A stretch of DNA of 64,000 nt from an uncultured Gammaproteobacteria bacterium (GCA_964524515.1 CAZGEA010000001.1:169522-233521); one strand, 5' to 3'; counted from the first letter of the stretch, positions 1 through 7,908 are shown. Numbers and translations: made by a program. Notes: generated by a model not told the origin, from the letters alone.

Positions 1-85
1 TCTAAATTTATATGTAAATGTAGGTGATAGAACTACTTACGAAGTAAAATTACCTCTCGAAGAATTAAAAGAAGGATTATTTTAG
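1..85 (+). CDS. 3' end of an upstream CDS, partial at window edge (translates ...VGDRTTYEVKLPLEELKEGLF then TAG at 83-85); hypothetical
   Basis: Open frame from position 2 to the stop at 83-85. There is no identifiable family. Confidence 0.2.
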   Translation, partial: LNLYVNVGDRTTYEVKLPLEELKEGLF

Positions 86-118
86 TCATTCTTGCTATAA
101 TATGCATGCTTGAAAAAT

Positions 119-191
119 CGGGGTGTGGCTCAGTTGGTAGAGCGCTCGCTTTGGGAGCGAGAGGCCGTGAGTTCGAATCTCGCCACCCCGA
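119..191 (+). tRNA. tRNA-Pro (anticodon TGG)
   Basis: Cloverleaf: acceptor cggggtg/caccccg, anticodon stem ctcgc/gcgag, loop tttggga (TGG), T-loop ttcgaat. A TATAAT box lies at about 97-102. CCA is not encoded. Confidence 0.85.
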
Positions 192-223
192 CAAAATATC
201 TTAGCCTCCATTTACCCTTTTTG

Positions 224-267
224 TGCTATAATTAGCTTCAAATTTGTGTTATTATTAGCTTCAAATT
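224..267 (+). promoter_or_regulatory. Extended -10 promoter (TGcTATAAT, 224-232) followed by two 14-bp direct repeats ATTAGCTTCAAATT (231-244 and 254-267); candidate operator
   Basis: Read directly from sequence. The repeats sit 23 bp centre to centre and overlap the predicted transcription start, upstream of the CPBP protease gene. Confidence 0.4.
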
Positions 268-295
268 CGCACAATCACAAAACGGAGAGTTCAAA

Positions 296-1093
296 TTGAG
301 CATCAAAGATCAGATTTCTAAATTAAATGGTCCAGTTGAAAAAGTAATCGATGCAATGGGCATACCACTCGGAAAAGCTCAGGAATTATTTGCAAAAACA
401 ATTTTTAAAATTTCACCACTCCAAAAAACTAATGGAGAAGAATTACCACAAATTCAGTTCGACTGGAAAACATTTCGAAAAACTTTTCGTATCAAGCACT
501 TTTTCATTGCGCTAATTAGTCTCTCATTGGTAATTTTTTCAGTTTTTAAATTATGGGATATCTCACCTACAATCATGAGTATCAGTGTATTAAGAACAAT
601 CTATCTTATTATCAACTATTTAGTAAACCTGTTCACGAAAGATAACAGTGAACAAATATCATCAATAATTGCAACCGGCTTAATCCTATCTTTAGTTTTA
701 TTTAGAAAACAAGTAAAAACTGTAATAGGAGAAGGACCTGATCAAGTCGCAGCAGGACTTCCACAATATGCGTTAAGAGAAGAAATAATATTTCGTGCAT
801 ACAGTCACAACTGGAATCTAATTGAAAAAATACGAGCAAATCTTTCGTTCGGACTAATACACCTTACAATGTTAATTGTCCCAATTTCGGTTGCCTTAGC
901 ACTAGCAATTGGTGGAAGCGCATTTATGCTTGTATATTTGAACAACTATAAAAAAACCAAATCAACTGAAATGGCAATCATTGAAGCAGCTACAGTCCAC
1001 ACAACTTACAATATAATTGCTTTTTCACTCGCAATTGGTAGCATTATATGGAGTTTAATTGGCAAACCAATATTGTCTCTCCTTACACATTAA
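296..1093 (+). CDS. CPBP-family intramembrane metalloprotease (CAAX protease / Abi-like)
   Basis: TTG start with GGAGAG Shine-Dalgarno 7 nt upstream. Multi-TM protein with motifs EEIIFR (EExxxR), FGLIHL (FxxxH) and HTTYN (HxxxN). Confidence 0.7.
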   Translation: MSIKDQISKLNGPVEKVIDAMGIPLGKAQELFAKTIFKISPLQKTNGEELPQIQFDWKTFRKTFRIKHFFIALISLSLVIFSVFKLWDISPTIMSISVLRTIYLIINYLVNLFTKDNSEQISSIIATGLILSLVLFRKQVKTVIGEGPDQVAAGLPQYALREEIIFRAYSHNWNLIEKIRANLSFGLIHLTMLIVPISVALALAIGGSAFMLVYLNNYKKTKSTEMAIIEAATVHTTYNIIAFSLAIGSIIWSLIGKPILSLLTH

Positions 1094-1107
1094 GTAAAAT
1101 CACAAAA

Positions 1108-1142
1108 CCTCTTTAACAAAAAATTAAAGGGGTTTTTTATTT
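1108..1142 (+). terminator. Rho-independent terminator after the CPBP gene
   Basis: Stem cctcttt / aaagggg followed by ttttttattt. Confidence 0.5.
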
Positions 1143-1174
1143 CCAAATGTTAAATGATATAATATACCTTCAAC

Positions 1175-1309
<135 letters not shown>

Positions 1310-1370
1310 ACAAAAAACCTCCTTGTTTTTTTTAGTAAACAAAGAGGCTTCAATCTCTATCTAACTAAAT

Positions 1371-1715
1371 TTATAAACTAAAGACACAAAACGAAACTTT
1401 GGGTAATATACCTACTAATGAACTAGCCATAATACTCCCATCATTTATAGCAAAAATACTAATATTCATCTTATCATTAGGATCCAAAACTGGAATCTTA
1501 TATACAATGTCTCCTGCTAGTCCAATGAAATTAAATGAAATATCAATTCTGTTTGGGTAAAACACAACAGATTTTACAATAGCATAGGCAGGCCCGATTA
1601 AACCTCCATCTATTATGTGTCCTTGTACATAAACCCTATTTCCTTTTAGGAAATTATTCAAAAGTGCTGCAGCATCACGAACATTTGATTCATCAACCGA
1701 ATATATGGAAGTCAT
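1371..1715 (-). CDS. hypothetical protein (114 aa)
   Basis: Clean ORF with a weak AAAGG Shine-Dalgarno. No recognisable motif. Confidence 0.4.
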   Translation of the reverse strand: MTSIYSVDESNVRDAAALLNNFLKGNRVYVQGHIIDGGLIGPAYAIVKSVVFYPNRIDISFNFIGLAGDIVYKIPVLDPNDKMNISIFAINDGSIMASSLVGILPKVSFCVFSL

Positions 1716-1798
1716 GGCTAAAACCTTTCATTCAAATGTAGATTTCATTGGTATATTATCATATTTCAATACTTGCTTTTTAATCTCTCTTCTTTACA

Positions 1799-2140
1799 AT
1801 GAGTTTTATGGCAAGAATGAATCCAGACGATGTTCAGAAAGAAGTTACCAAGCAAAACGATGATGTCTATGGAGACGATTCAGTAGTTGGAGGTACAGGC
1901 GGAGGTGCTGATCCAATGATTATTGACGATGTATACAAAAAGGTAACTGGAAACGAACTTGCTGACGACGAGGGTATTGATATGGCAGAAGAAGTCAGAA
2001 AAGACGAAGACTCAATTCTAAAAGATAAACCAGATAGTGAAGACGATGAAATGGAAGACAAATCTCCAATTGATGATGAATTCAGTGGAATGCATGTAGT
2101 TGGCGAAAACGAAGAGACAGAAGCCGAAGAACAAGAATAA
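1799..2140 (+). CDS. highly acidic hypothetical protein (113 aa, about 40 Asp/Glu)
   Basis: ORF with a TTGCTT-15nt-TACAAT promoter-like element at 1774-1800. The true start may be an internal ATG at 1808 or 1817. The composition is extremely acidic and low in complexity. Confidence 0.4.
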   Translation: MSFMARMNPDDVQKEVTKQNDDVYGDDSVVGGTGGGADPMIIDDVYKKVTGNELADDEGIDMAEEVRKDEDSILKDKPDSEDDEMEDKSPIDDEFSGMHVVGENEETEAEEQE

Positions 2141-2254
2141 TTTCCCCAAAAAGCCTCAATAAGATATAATAATGTTTACAATCACGATCATATCGGGATT
2201 AAGTTGTACTTGGTGGTAAGTAAGCATAGCTTGGCTTCCACCATCAGAACACAT

Positions 2255-2332
2255 GGTGGTAGTAGCTCAGTTGGTTAGAGCGCTGCTCTGTGAAAGCAGA
2301 GGTCGCCGGTTCGAGACCGGTCTACCACCCCA
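2255..2332 (+). tRNA. tRNA-His (anticodon GTG) with encoded G-1 and encoded CCA
   Basis: G-1 followed by acceptor gtggtag/ctaccac, D-stem gctc/gagc, anticodon stem ctgct/agcag with loop ctgtgaa, T-loop ttcgaga, discriminator C then CCA (2330-2332). Confidence 0.9.
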
Positions 2333-2884
2333 AATGATATTTTGAGATTGAGAAACCTCACTTTGAGCCGTATTATTAACGTTTTCGTTAGGTTCGAGCC
2401 GTTCTAATGTATTAATTTCTGTAACTGCCTGCTGAATTTTGAAAAATGGTGTTCGTGCCTCAATTGTAAGTTTTTTATCCTTTAAAAGTAGGTGCGAGCC
2501 AATTGCTCTTAAAATTATTTTACGTTCTTCAATATCCCCATCTGAAAATCTGTCTTGTGCTGTTGCAGCAAAGTCGAATGTTTTAGCGGCCAACTCTGCC
2601 CATTCATCAATATATTTATCTACTTTTGATAATAGCTCTTGCGCCCTAGCTTTTTCGACCAACAGTGATTCTTTTTTCTCTGCAAATTCCTCGTCTGAAA
2701 TTAAAATACCACCTTTATTTGCCTCGGATATTTTTAGTTCAAGTAAATTATCAATTTTTCTTACAATATCTTCATAGGATTTTTTCAATGCCAAATAACG
2801 AGTCTCTCGCGTCTCTTTTTGCTTCTCATTTACAACATTAAGCCATTTAATTGCCCAATCCACAAATTCATAGTCAAGTTTCAT
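2267..2884 (-). CDS. hypothetical coiled-coil protein whose reading frame continues antisense through tRNA-His; possibly a 3'-truncated gene remnant
   Basis: First ATG is at 2884 with an in-frame stop 15 codons upstream. The last ~20 codons are the reverse complement of the tRNA, so the native C-terminus is doubtful. The opposite-strand ORF 2439..2777 is low-complexity and rejected. Confidence 0.3.
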   Translation of the reverse strand: MKLDYEFVDWAIKWLNVVNEKQKETRETRYLALKKSYEDIVRKIDNLLELKISEANKGGILISDEEFAEKKESLLVEKARAQELLSKVDKYIDEWAELAAKTFDFAATAQDRFSDGDIEERKIILRAIGSHLLLKDKKLTIEARTPFFKIQQAVTEINTLERLEPNENVNNTAQSEVSQSQNIIWGGRPVSNRRPLLSQSSALTN

Positions 2885-2986
2885 CGTGCCTAAAATATCA
2901 AAAACCTGCTTCTCAAGTTCTTTTGCTTATTATTCTTCTGATTTGTGATATTTTTGGAATAAAGATTCACAAAAAACAAAGATAAG

Positions 2987-3388
2987 TTACTGATTGCCGG
3001 CGGTCATTTCAAGGTATCGTTTGTACTTTGGGTCTCCTTCCAATCTTTTTATTTCTGCATTAAGCTCTGTATCGGTCATTTGTGAGTAGGCATCCTCAAA
3101 AGCTATTTTATCTGCTTTATATTTTCCAAGTAACTTATAGGCTTTATCTAGCGCTGCGTCCCTAGCCCGCCAGTTTTTGCTTTTTAAGAGCGCTTGATGA
3201 GTTTTGAGCAGGTTCTCTTCTGACAAGTAGTCTTTCATCAGCTCCTGCCATCCTCTACTTTGAGTGAGCTGTTGTGGGTTTTTATAAGAGCCGGCTTTAT
3301 ATCCGGATTCTTTCATAGCCGTGGATACCGACTTTCCAGTATTTTCCAGTAATTTGTGGACGACAAGTTTTTGCTTGAGAGTGGACAT
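2987..3388 (-). CDS. phage terminase small-subunit-like HTH DNA-binding protein (Terminase_2-like)
   Basis: Starts at ATG 3388 (MSTLKQ); the longer ORF-track start at 3541 adds an unlikely hydrophobic extension. Contains the TerS-type HTH signature MKESGYKAGSYKNPQQLTQSRGWQELM, comparable to AGYS...A..S.LL. No large terminase gene is nearby. Confidence 0.45.
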   Translation of the reverse strand: MSTLKQKLVVHKLLENTGKSVSTAMKESGYKAGSYKNPQQLTQSRGWQELMKDYLSEENLLKTHQALLKSKNWRARDAALDKAYKLLGKYKADKIAFEDAYSQMTDTELNAEIKRLEGDPKYKRYLEMTAGNQ

Positions 3389-3406
3389 CTGTATATGTAG
3401 TATAAT

Positions 3407-4093
3407 ATGCCAATGCTCTCTATTGAGAGCATTTTTGTTATTTATATGGACAGAAATGAAGAAATAATTGGCTACTATTCTAATCAGCCTACATGGCAGC
3501 TTGTAAAGTTTAGTGCTTACAAGAGGCAATTTACTCATCAATTAGCAATTCACTATTTGGAACACGAAATTTTTGAGTCAGTGGACAGAGAGATGCAGCA
3601 TATCCTAAGTGGACAAAATGCAGGATTTTATGCTGGCCTTAGATTTTTGTTTGCGGAAGTTACAGCGCTATCCCATTTATATTGGGGGGTAAAATCATTT
3701 ATCCCTCGTAAGGAGAGTGCATATGTTGCCAGATTTATGAGAAAGTTCGGAGTGTTACCTCCTGAGCATGGTGTCCATTATGAAACATTCAGGCATGGAC
3801 TGATGCACTCTCATCATCCAAAGTGGATAAAAAAAGGAAATCGAATTATAGGTTGGTATATTAGTAATACAGCAAAAGCAAACAGCTTCGGAATCTTCAT
3901 TCCCGAGTTCACCGAGCAAGTTAAAAATACCATTAGTGCTTTTATTGCCGAGTTGAGGGTAGAAGAAATAGCAGGTAAAAATACCCGACTCAAAAAATTT
4001 ATTGAAGGATATACCCACACCGCCAAAGTATTGAAGCGTAGGGACTTAGGCAAATACTCAAGAACGGATTTTTCAAAAGTACCTATTACCTAA
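3407..4093 (+). CDS. hypothetical protein with a HEPN-like R-x4-H motif (FRHGLMHSHH); first gene of a four-gene cassette
   Basis: The ORF ends 1 nt before the next gene. An alternative start at ATG 3446 (MDRNEE) is more compatible with the -10-like tagtataat at 3397-3405. Histidine-rich. Family not recognised. Confidence 0.4.
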   Translation: MPMLSIESIFVIYMDRNEEIIGYYSNQPTWQLVKFSAYKRQFTHQLAIHYLEHEIFESVDREMQHILSGQNAGFYAGLRFLFAEVTALSHLYWGVKSFIPRKESAYVARFMRKFGVLPPEHGVHYETFRHGLMHSHHPKWIKKGNRIIGWYISNTAKANSFGIFIPEFTEQVKNTISAFIAELRVEEIAGKNTRLKKFIEGYTHTAKVLKRRDLGKYSRTDFSKVPIT

Positions 4094-4094
4094 G

Positions 4095-5051
4095 ATGAAG
4101 ACAAAGAATCTATTTTCAGGCAGGAAAAAGTTTGTAACCATTCCAGTTGCCGCACTTCTCGGCCTGTTTTTCCTTCCTGTAACTATTGGCATTTTACTTA
4201 TTTACTTTTCAAATAAGAAAATTAGGTTAAAACCTTTGCGTTATTCTATTGTCGGCATACTCTCCTTAATTACCCTATTTTTTGGAACTGCCTATGTAGC
4301 AGCTTTTGTATCCCCAAGCACCCCTAAACAGGAAACGAAAGAGCCGGAAGCGGTAATTTCGACAAGTCCTACGCCAATTCTTGCTATGCAAAATCAAGGC
4401 TTGGTAAAAGTAACGCGGGTGATTGATGGAGACACGATTGAAATTGAAGGTGGACAAAGGGTAAGGCTAATTGGCATAGATACTCCGGAGACAGTTGACC
4501 CAAACCGCCCTGCCGGATGCTATGGCACCGATGCCAGTAGTTTTACAAAAGCTCAACTTGAAGGCAAAGAAATAAAACTAGAAAAAGATATTTCAGAAAC
4601 AGACCAATATGGAAGATTATTGCGTTATGTATGGCTTGGAGACACTTTATTTAATGAAACCCTTGTCAAAGAAGGCTATGCTCAAGTCTCAACTTACCCG
4701 CCGGATGTAAAAAACAGCGAAAGATTTTTAGCTGCTCAAAAAGAAGCAAGAGACAATAATCGAGGTTTGTGGTCTACATGCCAAAACACCCCTGCTCCCA
4801 GTACATCTGTCTCAACTCCGAAGCCAGTTACAGCTACCCCAAAACCCAATGTGGCAACTCAACAAACCCAAACTTCCGGCTCGTGTAAGTATTCTTGCAA
4901 TTCACCGGATAGAGATTGCTCTGATTTTTCAACCCATGCAGAAGCACAAGCGTTTTTCAACTGTTGTGGATTCTCTGCCGGCAATGACCCTATGAGACTT
5001 GATAAGGCCACTGGAACAGGAAATGGAATTGCCTGCGAGAGTTTACCTTAG
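4095..5051 (+). CDS. membrane-anchored thermonuclease (SNase/micrococcal nuclease family) with C-terminal Excalibur calcium-binding domain
   Basis: Two N-terminal TM helices. SNase motifs VIDGDTIEIE, RLIGIDTPE and YGRLLRYVW. A Thr/Pro-rich linker leads into an Excalibur-like C-terminus (CSDFSTHAEAQAFF...DKATGTGNGIACE). Confidence 0.85.
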   Translation: MKTKNLFSGRKKFVTIPVAALLGLFFLPVTIGILLIYFSNKKIRLKPLRYSIVGILSLITLFFGTAYVAAFVSPSTPKQETKEPEAVISTSPTPILAMQNQGLVKVTRVIDGDTIEIEGGQRVRLIGIDTPETVDPNRPAGCYGTDASSFTKAQLEGKEIKLEKDISETDQYGRLLRYVWLGDTLFNETLVKEGYAQVSTYPPDVKNSERFLAAQKEARDNNRGLWSTCQNTPAPSTSVSTPKPVTATPKPNVATQQTQTSGSCKYSCNSPDRDCSDFSTHAEAQAFFNCCGFSAGNDPMRLDKATGTGNGIACESLP

Positions 5052-5059
5052 AATTAATT

Positions 5060-6979
5060 ATGGAAAATAAAATCTCAAAAGCGACCAGACAGCTAATTTT
5101 TGACTTTTTAAAAGCTGAGAAAATAAAGTGGTTCGGTAGTTCAGATGATATATCATTTTTGGAAAAAATATTTGATTTGGAAAATTTACCGTCGACTGAT
5201 GGTAGATACAGCAATGTAAAGGGAGATATTTTTCAACACAGACAGAATAATGCGGATTGGGAAGACGATTGGATTTTCACAGACAGCCGGTTCAACCTCC
5301 TGAATTGTGAAGATAGCATATATTGTAAATTTATAGAGGAGATTTTAAATCCACTAATAAGAGCAGAAAACGAAATAGACTCTATAATCTCCTTTGCAAA
5401 TGACGCACTCAAAAGAGATAAATATCTAATCGTAAAAAAGGAAAAAATTGGAGGAAAGCAGTTTTATCAAATTCTTCCACTTAAATGGGTTGAATCAATA
5501 AAAGATATTGAGTTCCGAGTCGTTCGAGGGAATACTCCACCCGCTTACTATATCAATGAACCTTCTAGATTGATATTAAAGTGGGACAACTGGAACGATT
5601 ACGGATATGAAACACTTTTTTACTTGGATTATGTCGATGAGAATAAGAAGGTGCATTCTATTGGTGCAGTCAAAATTGCATTTATTGCCGATAAACCTAA
5701 GGCCGATGAAAAACCACTTTCTACACGTAATGTTTTAGAAGCAGTGTTTTCAGAACTCCCTAGCAATTTTTTTTCACTAGGACAATCACCTGACTACTAT
5801 CAAAATTTATTGAGTTTGGGAAAACCTATTTATACCACCGTTCTTGAAAAACTCCGAGACGTAGTTTTTAACGAAGAAGTCTTAAAAAGTTTCCGGGAAA
5901 CTGAACCGTTTAAAGTCTCTTTGATAAGAGGTTCGGAAGCTGAAAAGGCTTTTGGTGAATCAGGAGAACTATTCAAACTAGAATATAGAAAGTTTGAAGA
6001 TACTTTAAACTTCACGTTTACTACAAGGGTCAAAAACGCTGATAACGAACATGCTGTAACGTTTGACTTTCGAAAAGGAGCGCTACCGCATAGAATACAT
6101 GTCCTGATTGGCAAGAACGGAACTGGAAAAACCATGTTTTTGAATAACCTATCTAACGCTTTGAGCGGAATCTCAGGAGAAAAGCTTAAAAGCGAGTTCG
6201 GTACTTTTGATACAAAGCCAAGTTTTAGGAAAATAATTACTTTCTCATATAGCGCTTTTGATACTTTTAACACTTCAACTCAAAACTCACTAGGATACAA
6301 ATATTGCGGCATTAGGAAAGATGACAATGAACTGTTTTCAAGGAAAGAACTAAAAAGCAAGTTTGTTAACTCTATCAGGCAGCTAAAATCAAAAGGTAGA
6401 GTTCATGATTGGAATCAAGGCATGTTAAAACTTCTGAATATACCTGAAATCGTAAATGAAGATTTTGACGAAGGGGTATGGAGCGATAGATATGACCTCC
6501 TTAGCTCTGGGCAGACAATTATTTGTACACTGCTCGCTGAAACATTGGCATTTATAGAAAAAGAATCTTTGATACTTATAGATGAGCCAGAATTACACTT
6601 ACACCCCAACAGCTTAATAGGCTTTATTAACACACTTTATTTTATTTTGAATAGCTATGATTCCTATGCAGTTTTAGCTACTCATTCTCCAATTGTCGTA
6701 AAGGAGATACCCTCAAAATATATTAATGTTTTCCGTCGTTCTGATAATAGCCCATATATTCAAACATTAAATTTTGAAACTTTTGGAGAGAATTATTCAG
6801 TCATTGCACAGGAAATTTTTGGTCTTATCGAATCTGACCACATATATAAAAAGGTTTTAGAAGAATTGTATAAGGAAACGCTTTCGATTGATGAAGTAAA
6901 AAAGTTATTTAATGGCAACCTTAGTGCAAATGCTGAAATATATCTGAATGTATTAAAAAATAACCATGAAAAAGATTAA
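5060..6979 (+). CDS. ABC/AAA_21-type ATPase (Septu PtuA-like) with an unassigned ~350-aa N-terminal domain
   Basis: Walker A GKNGTGKT at about aa 351, signature-like LSSGQ, Walker B/D-loop LILIDEPELHLHP and H-loop LATHSP. Residues 1-340 match nothing I recognise. The start lies 8 nt after the nuclease stop. Confidence 0.85.
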   Translation: MENKISKATRQLIFDFLKAEKIKWFGSSDDISFLEKIFDLENLPSTDGRYSNVKGDIFQHRQNNADWEDDWIFTDSRFNLLNCEDSIYCKFIEEILNPLIRAENEIDSIISFANDALKRDKYLIVKKEKIGGKQFYQILPLKWVESIKDIEFRVVRGNTPPAYYINEPSRLILKWDNWNDYGYETLFYLDYVDENKKVHSIGAVKIAFIADKPKADEKPLSTRNVLEAVFSELPSNFFSLGQSPDYYQNLLSLGKPIYTTVLEKLRDVVFNEEVLKSFRETEPFKVSLIRGSEAEKAFGESGELFKLEYRKFEDTLNFTFTTRVKNADNEHAVTFDFRKGALPHRIHVLIGKNGTGKTMFLNNLSNALSGISGEKLKSEFGTFDTKPSFRKIITFSYSAFDTFNTSTQNSLGYKYCGIRKDDNELFSRKELKSKFVNSIRQLKSKGRVHDWNQGMLKLLNIPEIVNEDFDEGVWSDRYDLLSSGQTIICTLLAETLAFIEKESLILIDEPELHLHPNSLIGFINTLYFILNSYDSYAVLATHSPIVVKEIPSKYINVFRRSDNSPYIQTLNFETFGENYSVIAQEIFGLIESDHIYKKVLEELYKETLSIDEVKKLFNGNLSANAEIYLNVLKNNHEKD

Positions 6980-7793
6980 TCCATATCGATGTGATAATTT
7001 TGCAGAATATAATAGCGTAGTTGCGAAGAAGTCGAATCAATCTGAAAAAATATTGCTATCTAATGTCAGCTCTAAAGTAGACAATAGATACAAAGAATAT
7101 GAAGATAATACAAGTTCACTAGAAATGATTGGCCTAATTAGTTGGGAAAAGGAAAACGCTAAGGCCTTACGAAATCTAGTTAACAGCCGCACTTATTTCT
7201 CAACGCTTAAAAGGAAGATACGACAGCTTAGCAAAAATGGCAAATGTATGTATTGCGATTTTAGTGAACATGACCCCTTAGACCACTACTTGCCCAAGAA
7301 CCCCTATCCTGAATTTTCAATTTTTAGCCTGAACTTGATACCGTCTTGCAGTAGATGTAATCGATTAAAGCACGATGAAATATTCATTAATGGAAAAAGG
7401 GTGTATCTTAATCCCTACTTTGATGCGATTGACGAAAAGCAATATGTAGTTTGTGACATTTATTTCAAAGGAAGCAATCTTCCCACACCTGAGTTTAGTA
7501 TAGAATCTTATAAAGGCGATACTCTTGCAGAAATATTTTTGACTCATTTTGAGAAGCTTAGTTTGAAAGAAAGATATGAAAATGAGGCTAACGAACTTAT
7601 AACTAATTGGGTTTCGAGAGCTGCACAGATTAAAAACATATCTGGCGATTTTAATACAAATATGAAAAACCTTATTAGAGTTGACCTTAATGCAGATAAG
7701 ACGAGATTCGGGATTAATAATTGGAGATATGCAGTAGAGAAAGCAATGATAGAAAGTGATAAATTTATAGAATATTGTAAAAATGCAGTATAG
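6966..7793 (+). CDS. HNH endonuclease (Septu PtuB-like)
   Basis: HNH core CMYCDFSEHDPLDHYLPKN...SCSRCNRLKHD (two CxxC pairs, DH, N). The start overlaps the ATPase stop by 14 nt, which indicates translational coupling. Confidence 0.8.
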   Translation: MKKINPYRCDNFAEYNSVVAKKSNQSEKILLSNVSSKVDNRYKEYEDNTSSLEMIGLISWEKENAKALRNLVNSRTYFSTLKRKIRQLSKNGKCMYCDFSEHDPLDHYLPKNPYPEFSIFSLNLIPSCSRCNRLKHDEIFINGKRVYLNPYFDAIDEKQYVVCDIYFKGSNLPTPEFSIESYKGDTLAEIFLTHFEKLSLKERYENEANELITNWVSRAAQIKNISGDFNTNMKNLIRVDLNADKTRFGINNWRYAVEKAMIESDKFIEYCKNAV

Positions 7794-7877
7794 TTATGTT
7801 AATTAAATATAAAAAATGGCACACGGAATCTTCAAAGACTTAACTTCACACCTATACTAGAATTTAAACTTTCCCCT

Positions 7878-7908
7878 CGCAGAATAAGAGCTTTCAGCAG
7901 CTCTCGTT
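7878..7908 (+). terminator. candidate intrinsic terminator downstream of the HNH gene
   Basis: Stem agagct / agctct with loop ttcagc, followed by the T-rich tail cgttctttactttcc. Confidence 0.35.

Noticed and set aside
2439-2777. Plus-strand 112-aa ORF opposite the coiled-coil ORF
   Set aside because: Ser/Ala/Phe low-complexity composition typical of an antisense artefact. The minus-strand frame has a normal composition.
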